Shown: positions 37,022-47,226, counted from the first letter of the stretch. The stretch: DNA of 64,000 bases from Candidatus Thorarchaeota archaeon (GCA_048882385.1 JBHLRQ010000003.1:11126-75125); one strand, 5' to 3'. Notes: generated from the sequence alone by a model not told the origin. Numbers and translations: made by a program.

Positions 37022-38947
37022 CTACTCCTTTGGCAACAGACCATGCTTTTCCAGATGGTCTGCAACATCCTTGAGACCGAGCTTTTCCAGAGTCTTCCTA
37101 TATGGCCAACTAGTCTTAGGATCCCATTCATGCAAAGCATAGTATTGGTCTAGTGCATTATCTAGTTCCTGTTTGGAATTGGTTTCTCCTTTCAGTGGAC
37201 CACTTGCGGCTCCTTCATTCATGAGTCGCCATGGAAGATTGTCGTGTTCTCGAGTTGCGCCTCTTGTTACATTGAACGCTTTCTCAAGAGTACAGACACG
37301 ACGCCCTGTGAGCATCATCTCTTCTTCTGTCATCTCTATCCCTGTGGCTGCTCCATAGAGTCGAGCCATGTTGTCTGGATTAACTCCGAAAGCCGCAGTT
37401 GATGTGAACACGCAGAATCCGAGTGCCTCAGTAATTTCATAGCAGTCTTCATGCCAACGGACAATTTCCGCTCTAAACTCTGTGAAGTGTGAGGATGCCC
37501 ATTTCTTATCGCCTGTCAGTTTCTCGATTAATTCAACTGCTTCTGGGCTAGAGCCAAACTCAGCAAATGTTTCTGTCATGAGGTGGTCATTTCCTCTCGG
37601 ATTGACAGCAAAGGCTAATGCATATGCTTTGGCAGATCTGGTTTCAACGTTTGACTGTTCAAGCCCTTTCTTATTCATTATTGCCCATTTGTAAGAATCC
37701 TGACCAATTTTCTGGGTGGCAATCTTTAATCCATCTGCAAGAAGATTACCAAGGTTCCCATCACGGAATGCCATTTTCTCAACGGTCTTCTTGACCTCCT
37801 CTAGTTTGCCCCAATCGAGCTCAAGTCCATCAGTATCTTCCAAACTAAGTGCGCCTCTCAGATAACTCTCTATAGCCCATTGTGACACTGTACCTGCTGT
37901 GATTGTATCTAGTCCCAGTCGATTACAGATTTCGTTTAGAATTAGAACCCCTTCTGTGTTAATGATTCCTGGACCATTTCCTAGTGCTCCGAAAGTTTCG
38001 TATTCTGGTCCTCCGCTTGCTAATCCCTCGTTTGGTCCTTTTGGAATCACAGAGTATCGGTGGCACCCAATAGTGCACCCAAAACACGCTACACGTCGCT
38101 TTAGATATCCCAGCTCATTCAACGCCTGTCCAGTTATTGGATACACATTCTCAGTGTATCCTGTCTGCCAGTTTTTGCCTGGAAATGCATGCATCTCGTT
38201 CACAGCACTGATTGAACCCGATGTTCCAAATTCATGTAATCCTTGGGCACCACTGTCAGCTCGAAGATTCTCACGCATCTCCTCTGCAATCTCTGCAAAC
38301 TTCTTGGGGTCTTTTACCCGAACTGGTTTCGTGCCTTTCACACTAATAGCCTTCAGATTTTTCTTCCCCATTACTGCTGCGCCTCCACCACGCCCAGCGG
38401 CATGATAGAGTGAACAATGGATTGAAGCTGCCCTAACAAGATTCTCTCCTGCTGGACCAATGTATAGCCCTCGGGTATCTTCTCCATGCCATTTTTTCAG
38501 GAGAGCATCAGTTTCGATAATATCCTTGCCCCACAGGTCTTTCGCGCTAAGAATCTCAACCTTGTCATCTTCAATATTAATGTAAGATGGTTCTTTAGCT
38601 ACTCCATGTACAACAAGATGGTCATAGCCAGCATACTTGAGTTCTGCACCCCAATGACCTCCAGTGTTACTCTTCAAATAAAGCCCAGTTGTACAACCCA
38701 CTGTGGTAACTGAAGTACGACCCGAAGCGGGTGCGGTGGTTCCAGTAACAGCTCCCGGTGCAAAGACGATAATGTTTCTTGGATCATCCCACGTTATGTC
38801 TGGATTCTTACAATAGTCCCATAGGAGTTTAGCGTTGATCCCCCTTGAGCCAACATACAACCTTCTCCATTCCTCTGGAATGTCCTCAGTCCAAATCTTT
38901 CCGTTGCTCAAGTCAACATGCAGTATCTTCCCTTGATGTCCGTACAT
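37022..38947 (-). CDS. aor: aldehyde:ferredoxin oxidoreductase (tungsten-containing AOR family)
   Basis: 641 aa. The AOR N-terminal (MYGHQGKILHVDLSNGKI...) and C-terminal domains are present. A polyferredoxin gene follows. Confidence 0.85.
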   Translation of the reverse strand: MYGHQGKILHVDLSNGKIWTEDIPEEWRRLYVGSRGINAKLLWDYCKNPDITWDDPRNIIVFAPGAVTGTTAPASGRTSVTTVGCTTGLYLKSNTGGHWGAELKYAGYDHLVVHGVAKEPSYINIEDDKVEILSAKDLWGKDIIETDALLKKWHGEDTRGLYIGPAGENLVRAASIHCSLYHAAGRGGGAAVMGKKNLKAISVKGTKPVRVKDPKKFAEIAEEMRENLRADSGAQGLHEFGTSGSISAVNEMHAFPGKNWQTGYTENVYPITGQALNELGYLKRRVACFGCTIGCHRYSVIPKGPNEGLASGGPEYETFGALGNGPGIINTEGVLILNEICNRLGLDTITAGTVSQWAIESYLRGALSLEDTDGLELDWGKLEEVKKTVEKMAFRDGNLGNLLADGLKIATQKIGQDSYKWAIMNKKGLEQSNVETRSAKAYALAFAVNPRGNDHLMTETFAEFGSSPEAVELIEKLTGDKKWASSHFTEFRAEIVRWHEDCYEITEALGFCVFTSTAAFGVNPDNMARLYGAATGIEMTEEEMMLTGRRVCTLEKAFNVTRGATREHDNLPWRLMNEGAASGPLKGETNSKQELDNALDQYYALHEWDPKTSWPYRKTLEKLGLKDVADHLEKHGLLPKE

Positions 38948-38950
38948 TTT

Positions 38951-39457
38951 TCACACCGCCTCCTTCTTCAAATCACGATATGCTGCCATTCTCACAGAAC
39001 GAAGTTTCTTCTTTGCCTTGAGTGCATCCTCTGTATCTTTCACCCAAGTAAGTGCCTCTGGTACACAATGCTTAGCACAATAAGGATCGCCTCCACATAA
39101 ATCACAAAACATTGGCTGTTTTGATTCAGGATGCAATCTTATTGCGTGATAGATACAGGCTTCAACACATGCACCTTGAGAAGTACAGAGTTTGTCATCT
39201 AATGTGATTATCCCTGTTTTTTCATCTCTTGATAGCGCACCATTTGGACAAGATGCAACACAAGGGTGAGACTCACATTGTTCACACACAAGCTGCACTC
39301 CAAGTGCAATGTCCTCCTTCTTCAGAATCTTTATTCTTCCTCTTGCAGGGTCGAATAGAGCATCCTTTGTAAGAGAACAAGCAAGAGAGCACTGCTTACA
39401 TCCTGTGCACTTGTCCATGTCTATAAGTAGCAGTTTCTCCATTTTCATTCCATCCAA
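38951..39457 (-). CDS. 4Fe-4S polyferredoxin (AOR electron-transfer partner)
   Basis: Four Cys clusters (CTGCKQCSLAC, CEQCESHPCVASCP, CTSQGACVEAC, CDLCGGDPYCAKHC). Confidence 0.75.
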   Translation of the reverse strand: MDGMKMEKLLLIDMDKCTGCKQCSLACSLTKDALFDPARGRIKILKKEDIALGVQLVCEQCESHPCVASCPNGALSRDEKTGIITLDDKLCTSQGACVEACIYHAIRLHPESKQPMFCDLCGGDPYCAKHCVPEALTWVKDTEDALKAKKKLRSVRMAAYRDLKKEAV

Positions 39458-39727
39458 ACGTGAGATTGTTAAAGTAAAATCACCATGATTTAACTCACAT
39501 TAAAATCCTCCCGTTCTCGTTATGTTCCTCTATACACTTCGTTTGATGTTTCAAATGCCCTTAGATGCCTGTAAAATGTTATTTCCACTTCTAGATGGAT
39601 TGCACATCGGATACCTCACTCGATATTGCTTTAATACGATTTAACTTGATTTCTGAAAATAGTTTAACAAAGTAGTTTCTTTACCAGATACGATAGGTTT
39701 TAAGACACCCACAAGAGAGAGCCTATT

Positions 39728-40285
39728 GTGTTCAAAGTGAATGGAGACGAAGGACGACCAAAGTACTATGACGAACTTTCTGTTGAAGAAATGGCAAGTT
39801 CAAGTGATATCCGTGAAGGGGTATCCATGCTCCTCTCTCATCACCCCCCCTCAATGTATGGACATTGTCTTCGTCTTACAATACTGGGAAGATCCATCTA
39901 TTTCTGTGGACGTTGTACTGGAATTTATAGCGGTCTAGGTCTAGGTCTCTTGACTCTCTTCATTTTCCGAATTCAACTAGAACCTGATTACCTTTGGTTC
40001 TTCATCTCAGTCGTTCTGGGATATACAACAATAGTTGACTGGATGAGTCAAAGGTTGACTCCTCGCAAGACAACGAATTTTGTTAGGGCTTCAACAGGTT
40101 TTATGAGTGGACTAGCCCTTGCGATCATTTTCTATCTGGCAAACCTGTTCTTTATGCTTGTAGCTCTCGCTTCGATGAGTGCATCGGTTGGAATTGTAGG
40201 TATTATCGAGAATCGACGACGATCTTCCTATTACAAGGAGATTCAAGAAGAACTGGATGCATCTTCTGAAGATACTGATTCCTAA
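39728..40285 (+). CDS. membrane protein, DUF2085-like
   Basis: CGRCTGIYSGLG motif (CxRCxGxY) followed by hydrophobic helices. The family is named from memory. Confidence 0.4.
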   Translation: MFKVNGDEGRPKYYDELSVEEMASSSDIREGVSMLLSHHPPSMYGHCLRLTILGRSIYFCGRCTGIYSGLGLGLLTLFIFRIQLEPDYLWFFISVVLGYTTIVDWMSQRLTPRKTTNFVRASTGFMSGLALAIIFYLANLFFMLVALASMSASVGIVGIIENRRRSSYYKEIQEELDASSEDTDS

Positions 40286-40354
40286 TGCGTACAAATCTTC
40301 ACCATGCCAAAGCGTTTTATCTTGGATTTTTTTCTCTCAGTCTTGTGACTTGGA

Positions 40355-41491
40355 ATGATTCCATTTACAAAACCTATCATTGGCGATGAAGAAAAAGAAG
40401 CTGTTTCTCGAGTCTTAGAATCTGGAATGCTGGCAGAAGGAAAGGTTTCTAGGAATTTTGAAAAACTGTTCTCAGATTACATAGGAACTAAGTTTGCTAC
40501 TGTCACCTCTAATGGTACTACAGCTCTAAGTACGGCTTTGGAAGCGATGGATATTCAGCCGGGTAATGAAGTGATAACCTCACCATTCACATTTATTGCT
40601 TCAGCTAATTCAATCGCCATGTTGGGGGCGATCCCTGTCTTTGTGGACATAAATCCTGATACATACAATATTGATCCCGAGTTGATTGAAGAAGCAATAA
40701 CCGAGAAAACTCGAGCAATAATGCCTGTCCATATCTTTGGTCTTCCTGCAGACATGAAACACATTCTTGAGATTGCAGAGGCACACGACCTCCTTGTGCT
40801 AGAAGATGCATGCCAAGCTCACGGAGGTGAGATAGAGGGTCAGAAAGCTGGTTCTTTTGGAGATGCTGCAACCTTCTCGTTCTATGCGACGAAGAATCTC
40901 ATGACAGGTGAGGGTGGTATGGTCACCACAAACAATGAAGAACTCTATGACAAAATGCTAATGATCAAAAATCATGGACGTGGTAAAAAGGGCGGTTATA
41001 GCCATTATAGGATTGGATATAACAATCGAATGATGGACATTGTATCTGCCATCGGTGTGGTTCAATTAAAGCGACTACCTGATCTAGTAATACAGAGACA
41101 GAAGAACGGTCAAGAGTTCAATGACTTCTTTGCTGAATTTGATTCAATCAAACCTCAGGTCGAAGAACCTGGCTTCAAGTCTGGTTACCATCTTTATGCT
41201 CCTCGTTTGTTCTCAGAGAAAATAGATAGAGATGGACTTGTCAATGCACTGCGAGATGAGGGAGTTGGATCTCGAGCAGTCTATGCACTTCCCTGTCATA
41301 AACAAGACACGTACTTAAATATCAATGACTGGCGCTGGGCAAAATTTGTTGACTATCCTGACTATTCTGCAATGACTCTACCAGTTTCAGAGGACATTGG
41401 ACTCAGGCACTTCGATATACCTGTTCATCCTAGTTTGACTGCAGAGGAAAAAGAACACATCAAGACTGCGTTCCGCAAAATCCTAGGCTAA
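40355..41491 (+). CDS. DegT/DnrJ/EryC1/StrS family PLP-dependent sugar aminotransferase
   Basis: N-terminus MIPFTKPIIGDEEKEAVSRVLESGML... and internal FSFYATKNL (PLP-Lys region). Confidence 0.8.
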   Translation: MIPFTKPIIGDEEKEAVSRVLESGMLAEGKVSRNFEKLFSDYIGTKFATVTSNGTTALSTALEAMDIQPGNEVITSPFTFIASANSIAMLGAIPVFVDINPDTYNIDPELIEEAITEKTRAIMPVHIFGLPADMKHILEIAEAHDLLVLEDACQAHGGEIEGQKAGSFGDAATFSFYATKNLMTGEGGMVTTNNEELYDKMLMIKNHGRGKKGGYSHYRIGYNNRMMDIVSAIGVVQLKRLPDLVIQRQKNGQEFNDFFAEFDSIKPQVEEPGFKSGYHLYAPRLFSEKIDRDGLVNALRDEGVGSRAVYALPCHKQDTYLNINDWRWAKFVDYPDYSAMTLPVSEDIGLRHFDIPVHPSLTAEEKEHIKTAFRKILG

Positions 41492-42138
41492 TTATTTTCA
41501 AAATAAGAGAGAATTGAACGCAGGTCATTCGATTCTATAGTGATTGATGCTGCATCACTCACAATCTGGTCTACTGGATTAAAAGCTATACTGAATGCTG
41601 ATACTTTAAAAAGTTCGATGTCATTCAAACCATTTCCAACGCTCGCGACACTTTGCTTTGAATAACCCTTATCCTCAATATGCCGCAAAATCGTTTCAGC
41701 CTTCTGAGGACCATCCATGAAGTACTCCACAGAACTATCATGGACACCATCCCTGGAACCAAGTATGTTCGAATATGCAAAATCAAGATTCAATCTCTTC
41801 ATCAACGGTGTCATAAAGAATTGACTGACCCCGCTTGATATGCTTCCAACTTCGTATCCCCTTTTCCTTAGTGTGGAAACAGTATCCTCCGCTCCAGTCA
41901 TCAGTGGAAGTGTTTCAACTAGATAATCATAACTTCCATCCACTGCAACACCCTTCCAAATCTTTGCTCCTTCGATAACCAACTCTTCGAATGTCATCCT
42001 TTCTTTTTCCATTCTCTGAAATAATGACAGATATTTCTCAGCAAGACCCAATTGCTGACCAATTAAAAAGGATGCATTTTCTCCGTCAAATAACACACCA
42101 TCTAAATCAAGCGTAATGATTCTGATTTCTGAGGTCAT
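41488..42138 (-). CDS. HAD-superfamily hydrolase (phosphoserine-phosphatase-like)
   Basis: HAD motif I ITLDLDGVL and motif IV GNGLNDIELF. Confidence 0.7.
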   Translation of the reverse strand: MTSEIRIITLDLDGVLFDGENASFLIGQQLGLAEKYLSLFQRMEKERMTFEELVIEGAKIWKGVAVDGSYDYLVETLPLMTGAEDTVSTLRKRGYEVGSISSGVSQFFMTPLMKRLNLDFAYSNILGSRDGVHDSSVEYFMDGPQKAETILRHIEDKGYSKQSVASVGNGLNDIELFKVSAFSIAFNPVDQIVSDAASITIESNDLRSILSYFENN

Positions 42139-42167
42139 GTTGATACTAAATCCTTCATTGTTAACTG

Positions 42168-43373
42168 ATGGCGGCTACACTAGTAACAGTAATTATCACT
42201 TTTGATTCACTTCAGCATGCGATGAACATAATCAGGAAAGGTGGACTTGGCTCTATAAACGAGATAAAGAAACGTTTCAGAAAAGAACGATCTGAAGAAG
42301 ACCTCCAATTTGAAATAGGTCGCATGAACCGTGACATTCTGAAACGTATGTTCGTGGTTGCAGGTAAAGTGGGAAGCGACAACATTACTCGGTATGAAGC
42401 GAAAGCAAAGAAGCTAGGCTGCGATTTTATTGCAGAGGAGGGTCGTTCGTGGATTCTAACACAAAAAACCATTCGTGAAAACTATGATCCTTCATATCAC
42501 AGAGGTGTTCTCCTAATTGGAAACAACAAGGAGCTGCCTGCTACACAGATATCATATCAAAATACCTATGCTTTCACAGACTTCTTTCTACAAGACCTTG
42601 ACGGAGATTCCATTCCAGAATTTCCAATTGGAAGAATCTTTGGTCCTCCTGAAACTGTATTATATCATATGGACCCATTCATTGTTGATAGTAACATTGC
42701 TATAGTGTTTGACAGTCAACCTGAGAGATCTGATAAACACGTAAAGGGTCTAGCAGCTCTTGGATTTGATGTTGAAGTTCTAAATCGTTATACTAATGAT
42801 GAGTCTAAACTACTTGCTATGAGTGAGTTCATTCTCCAATTCTCTGATGGTGTATTCACTGCACGTATACACGGGACACCAGATCGTTGGGCTACTCACA
42901 ACTCTGTTATTCTTAGTCATGACCAAGCTGCCTCCATAAAATTTGAGGGCTATCCAGTGATATACTCTGAAGCTTGTAGTACTGCTCAAGAAGGTCCTCT
43001 TCTGAAAGCATTTCTGAATCAGGGAGCTTCGTACATTGGTGCGACATTAGACACCATGAACAATGTCGAGCCATTCAACGATTGGAAAATGTGCCCCTAT
43101 TGTGATGGTTGGAAATTTGGTTTTCTAGACGAGCTGGATTCGCATGAATTGATTGGAGAAGTAAAGGTGTCTGTTGATAAGGCTCTGACTGAGCATCTTG
43201 ATTCCAAATACCTCGTGGAGATAGAAAAAATCCGCAAGGGAGAAACCACAGAATTAACCCAAGACCCAGCGGTTTCAGTAATAGAATGGGTCTTATTTGG
43301 AAATCCCATACGTAGCACAACTGTTGGCCCAAATGCAAATTATACCCCTGGTCTAATTGCTGTAGATACATAA
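42168..43373 (+). CDS. hypothetical protein with possible clan-CD (caspase/gingipain-fold) peptidase core
   Basis: Strand-His-Gly (VFTARIHGTPD) followed 36 residues later by strand-Ala-Cys (PVIYSEACSTAQ). This matches the His/Cys dyad arrangement and spacing of clan-CD peptidases. Confidence 0.35.
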   Translation: MAATLVTVIITFDSLQHAMNIIRKGGLGSINEIKKRFRKERSEEDLQFEIGRMNRDILKRMFVVAGKVGSDNITRYEAKAKKLGCDFIAEEGRSWILTQKTIRENYDPSYHRGVLLIGNNKELPATQISYQNTYAFTDFFLQDLDGDSIPEFPIGRIFGPPETVLYHMDPFIVDSNIAIVFDSQPERSDKHVKGLAALGFDVEVLNRYTNDESKLLAMSEFILQFSDGVFTARIHGTPDRWATHNSVILSHDQAASIKFEGYPVIYSEACSTAQEGPLLKAFLNQGASYIGATLDTMNNVEPFNDWKMCPYCDGWKFGFLDELDSHELIGEVKVSVDKALTEHLDSKYLVEIEKIRKGETTELTQDPAVSVIEWVLFGNPIRSTTVGPNANYTPGLIAVDT

Positions 43374-43374
43374 T

Positions 43375-43797
43375 CTATTTTGACCTTGAACGCATCATAG
43401 CACCAAGAAATCCACCAAGAGCACCCATTAGAGCCATGAGAATGACCGCAGTCACTATTGTCAGATAGTCTGTAGTAAAACCAGTCAAGTACTCAGTAAC
43501 TAGTAGGATTCCTGTATATGATATTAGGGCTCCCATGAAGCCAATAAAAGATGAAACTATCTTTGCTTCCTGAAAAAGGTAACCAACGACCAGACCCACT
43601 ACCAAGGGAGTAAAGAGTGCCAAGATAATGAAAAAACCTAGATTCAAACCGATTGCTGCAAGAATCATTAAAAAGAATCTACCAGCTTGCGAATCCAATA
43701 GTGAAGTTGACGTGGTCACTTCTAGACCTCTTCTCTCACAGATTTCGCTGTGGTTATAACAGTGATGTTCTGTTGGTTCAAATGAGTAAATTGTCAT
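43375..43797 (-). CDS. small membrane protein (3-4 TM), hypothetical
   Basis: Hydrophobic helices fill most of the 140 aa. The true start may be the internal Met (MILAAIG..., 43668), because the track start at 43797 would overlap the divergent alkA-like start by 16 nt. Confidence 0.4.
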   Translation of the reverse strand: MTIYSFEPTEHHCYNHSEICERRGLEVTTSTSLLDSQAGRFFLMILAAIGLNLGFFIILALFTPLVVGLVVGYLFQEAKIVSSFIGFMGALISYTGILLVTEYLTGFTTDYLTIVTAVILMALMGALGGFLGAMMRSRSK

Positions 43798-44681
43798 TTA
43801 ACATCAAAGTTCCAGAAGGATATGACCTTCTCTCATCTATACATTCCTGGATCTATCCAGATATTCAGCCTGTTCCTGAACAAACAGGATCAGATTTCTT
43901 TGGTCGTATATACACTCTAAATGATGAGGATGTAGCATTACTTATCAAACAGCAATCTCCTGGGGAGAACCTTCAAGTTAGATTCTCTGAATGCAATGTT
44001 ACTCGAAAGCATCTGAAAGCACTGGTTGAAAGAGTTCTTGGCTTCAAAATCTCATTCGAAGATGCTATTGAACAAATGAGTCATGACTCAACTATATCCT
44101 TCCTTGTTGAGAAAGTGGTAGGAATAAGACCTTACATGTCGCCAACGCTTTTCGAAGCTTTGATTAAAACAATCATTCAGCAACAGGTTTCGTACAGAGC
44201 AGCTAACATATTTACAAAGAGAATGGTTGTTGGTCTTGCCAGCCCAATATCTCATGAGAATCAATTGTTTTATCATTTTCCAGATGCAATAACAATATCT
44301 AATGCTGGTGTCGCTGGAATCAGAGAATTTGGATTTGGATATAAATCTGAATACATCCATAATGTAGCAAAGCTTGTTGCAAATGGAAGTTTAGATATAG
44401 ATTCAATGATGGATGAAACATATGAATCAGTACTTGCAGCACTGAAACCCATTAGAGGAATTGGTCAATGGACTGTGGATGTGTTATCACTTGCTGGTCT
44501 AGGAAATTTCGAAGTATTCCCATATGGTGACCTTGTGATTCAGAAGATTATGGGACGGTTATACAATAAAGGAGAAAGAATGACGAAGAAACAGGTTCAA
44601 GAACACGCAACAATATGGGGTGAATCTGGAACAAAAATACTATACTTGCTGATGAGTGCAGAGGTTCTGGGTTTATTCTGA
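43782..44681 (+). CDS. DNA-3-methyladenine glycosylase II / HhH-GPD base-excision repair protein (AlkA-like)
   Basis: HhH-GPD motif LKPIRGIGQWTVDVLSLAGLGNFEVFPYGDLVIQK (Gly/Pro-rich hairpin plus catalytic Asp). Start moved to the internal Met at 43782 to avoid a long overlap with the divergent gene. Confidence 0.7.
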   Translation: MSKLSFNIKVPEGYDLLSSIHSWIYPDIQPVPEQTGSDFFGRIYTLNDEDVALLIKQQSPGENLQVRFSECNVTRKHLKALVERVLGFKISFEDAIEQMSHDSTISFLVEKVVGIRPYMSPTLFEALIKTIIQQQVSYRAANIFTKRMVVGLASPISHENQLFYHFPDAITISNAGVAGIREFGFGYKSEYIHNVAKLVANGSLDIDSMMDETYESVLAALKPIRGIGQWTVDVLSLAGLGNFEVFPYGDLVIQKIMGRLYNKGERMTKKQVQEHATIWGESGTKILYLLMSAEVLGLF

Positions 44682-44751
44682 AAAGGCCCGCGGAAAACCC
44701 ATAAAAGGCACTCAGTTGAAAATTCAGATTGATAACGCTGGTGAAATATAA

Positions 44752-45909
44752 TTGTCTAAGGTTGGGACGAAGAAGAACACAAAACTGTGGCGAATTAGAT
44801 CCATGTTCCTAAAGGAACTGAAACTAATTCAGAATGACAGGTTTGCATTACTATTGATCTTTATTCTTCCAACTATGATAATGGCAACCATGTATATCGC
44901 AACAAATCCAAGTGGTATAACTGTAATTCCAGAAACTGGAAAGAATCCAGATGCTGCACGAATTGGAGTTATTGACCTAGATACGACAAACACATTTCCA
45001 ACACAGGACCTCTCTGAAAATTTCACTTGGTATCTGACTAATGATCCTGACTTCATTGTACAAGTATTTGAGAGTGAAGTTGAGGCGTTAGACGCTTTAT
45101 ACTTTGACAGAGTGAATGCTTTTGTTGTCATACCGTACGGATTTGAAGGAAACATTACCAATGATATTCCTGCATTTGTGGACATTCATGTAAGTAGCAC
45201 AGATCTGGAAGCTCAGATGTCCATTACTTCTAAATTCAGTAGTGTGGTACATGATTTTCGTCAAGACCATGGGTGGTCACAGCGAGAGATTTCTACAGAT
45301 ATGTTCTCTGAGTTTCAACCACCAGGCGGTGGGGGTTTTGAGGCTACATTCGGTGTCTTCATGATTGTTTTTGCTGTATTCATCGCAGTGGCTGCCACAG
45401 CAGCTCAAGCCATCGTTGGAGATATACCACTCAATCGTATGTTGCTGACACCGGCAACAAAGATGGAAGCTATAATTGCAAAAGTCTTAGCATATTTTGT
45501 CGTTGGAATGTTCCAAACTCAATTCTTACTAATTCTATGGCAGCTCCTCTTCAACATAGATGCATGGGCAGTATATCATATATTGAATTTTGTACTTGCA
45601 CTAATGTCATTTTCAGGTGCTGCTCTTGGTGTCTTAATATCTACAGTAGTAACAACTCGTCTCCAAGCCAATCAATCATTTCTCTTCTTGCTGTTTGGTT
45701 CTGTTATAGTAGGTACTGGTTTCATTGATGTGGGTCTGGTTGATGACTACTATCCTCTCAACCTCGGAAGAGTAATGATGACCGATACTGCTTTCAAGGG
45801 TGTTGACATAATTGAGTTCATTGATGAGATCAACATTATTCTCTTTATGTCGCTGATTTTCATTCTAGTAGCTTGGCTCATCTTTGTCAGAAAAGATACA
45901 CTTGCTTGA
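44752..45909 (+). CDS. ABC-2 type transporter permease
   Basis: N-terminal cytoplasmic segment, TM1, a large extracytoplasmic domain, then 5 TM helices. This is the ABC-2 permease architecture. Confidence 0.5.
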   Translation: MSKVGTKKNTKLWRIRSMFLKELKLIQNDRFALLLIFILPTMIMATMYIATNPSGITVIPETGKNPDAARIGVIDLDTTNTFPTQDLSENFTWYLTNDPDFIVQVFESEVEALDALYFDRVNAFVVIPYGFEGNITNDIPAFVDIHVSSTDLEAQMSITSKFSSVVHDFRQDHGWSQREISTDMFSEFQPPGGGGFEATFGVFMIVFAVFIAVAATAAQAIVGDIPLNRMLLTPATKMEAIIAKVLAYFVVGMFQTQFLLILWQLLFNIDAWAVYHILNFVLALMSFSGAALGVLISTVVTTRLQANQSFLFLLFGSVIVGTGFIDVGLVDDYYPLNLGRVMMTDTAFKGVDIIEFIDEINIILFMSLIFILVAWLIFVRKDTLA

Positions 45910-45986
45910 TTTGCTCTCTTCCAAATTTCGAGGCAAGACCCTTAAGTCTGAATGTAGATATCTGAAATTTGGAGGTCTGATAATCT

Positions 45987-46190
45987 ATGAGTGTTGTGAA
46001 AGTAATCGAACTTATTGGAGAGTCCCCTAATAGCTGGGAGGAAGCTTGCAAGAACGCATTGACAGTTGCAGCGAAGAGTGTCCGTGGAATTGTAGGAATC
46101 GATGTTGATCACTTTACGTGTAAAGTCGAGGACAACAAAGTTGTCGCCTTCCGAGCTAATATCAAGGTGGCTTTCAAGTACGAAGCATGA
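45987..46190 (+). CDS. dodecin (flavin-binding)
   Basis: 67 aa. MSVVKVIELIGESPNSWEEACKNALTVAAKSVRGIVGIDV...KVAFKYEA matches the dodecin size and pattern (VIE..G.S.......A...A...). The family identity is recalled from memory. Confidence 0.6.
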   Translation: MSVVKVIELIGESPNSWEEACKNALTVAAKSVRGIVGIDVDHFTCKVEDNKVVAFRANIKVAFKYEA

Positions 46191-46265
46191 AATTCGCTAG
46201 TCTACGCTTTCATTCTCGTACCATCTTAAGGGGGACTTGAGCAGAATCAGGTCCCTCAATACTTC

Positions 46266-47075
46266 TCAAAAACCTAGACTTGCTAGGATGATGACCACTG
46301 CATTGTTTACACCGTGCGCAACTGATGGTCCAATGATATTGTAATTTCTTCTTTGTGCCAAGTCACCAAGGAAAAGTCCTAGTATGAATCTTGCTGGAAG
46401 TCCAATCATGTCCAGATGGATTATTCCAAATATGAAACTCGTGATGACGAGGGACAGCAGTCGATAGCTCGAATTTCCTTGACTCCTGAAGTATATCTCC
46501 ATCCTTCTTTGAAGGAAACCCCGAAACATTACTTCCTCGGTGAATCCTACAAAGACAAACATGACGATTACCCAGAGAACTAGTTCAAATGAATTTCTAG
46601 CTATAAGAAGCTCCTCACCAGAAGAGATTGGTCCTGTAATGGTGCTGATAAACCAAGTTACTACAATGTTTGCACCAAGCATTAATGCACCTATAACTAT
46701 GCCAAGACCGATATCTACTCCAGAGATCATGTTTTTGATTCCTATCGATGAAATGGGAAGTCCATTTTTCCGGACATAGTAAATAGGTGGAATTACAAAA
46801 GCAATCTCTGCAACAGTCAGAATCAATAGTGCATTTGGATCAATGTAAATGGTCCCCGAATTGAAATCAATATAGATTAGGTCTGGGTATGCCATCATTG
46901 GTACCATTATGATAATTGTAAACAATACCAATAAGACCATTCCAAGAGCGGTTAGGCCAAGAACGCCAACCATACGTCCTCTTTCAAAATCTCTTTCAAA
47001 ACGAGTTCCGGGTTCAAAAATCCCGATTCCTTCTGCTTCTTCAAGTTCAAATGCATCAGGGTCGTCCATGACCAA
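46266..47075 (-). CDS. CPBP family intramembrane metalloprotease (CAAX protease/Abi-like)
   Basis: Motif 1 EEVMFRGFLQ, motif 2 FIFGIIHLD, motif 3 VAHGVNNAVV. The likely start is the ATG at 47069 (MDDPDAF...) rather than the track's TTG at 47075. Confidence 0.75.
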   Translation of the reverse strand: MVMDDPDAFELEEAEGIGIFEPGTRFERDFERGRMVGVLGLTALGMVLLVLFTIIIMVPMMAYPDLIYIDFNSGTIYIDPNALLILTVAEIAFVIPPIYYVRKNGLPISSIGIKNMISGVDIGLGIVIGALMLGANIVVTWFISTITGPISSGEELLIARNSFELVLWVIVMFVFVGFTEEVMFRGFLQRRMEIYFRSQGNSSYRLLSLVITSFIFGIIHLDMIGLPARFILGLFLGDLAQRRNYNIIGPSVAHGVNNAVVIILASLGF

Positions 47076-47082
47076 TTATTGC

Positions 47083-47101
47083 AACCTCAGGTTGTGAGGT
47101 T
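47083..47101. promoter_or_regulatory. inverted repeat AACCTCA-N5-TGAGGTT in the 5' region of the CPBP protease gene
   Basis: Seen in sequence. A related copy CACCTC-N6-GAGGTCG lies at 47201-47219, just upstream of the subtilisin GTG start. Confidence 0.3.
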
Positions 47102-47226
47102 TAGTAGTGGAATTAAGGATTTGGATTCCTTCATCAACCTGATTGCTCTTTCCAACAGACTTTATGAGGTAAGATTTTTGTAGATATACCTAAGAGATAC
47201 CACCTCTGAGTTGAGGTCGAATAGTC

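Noticed and set aside
43653-43781. Long N-terminal extension of the AlkA-like ORF (MLQESLKRIYQ...)
   Set aside because: The extension overlaps the divergent membrane-protein gene over about 145 nt and has no HhH-GPD-family features. The internal Met at 43782 is the more plausible start.
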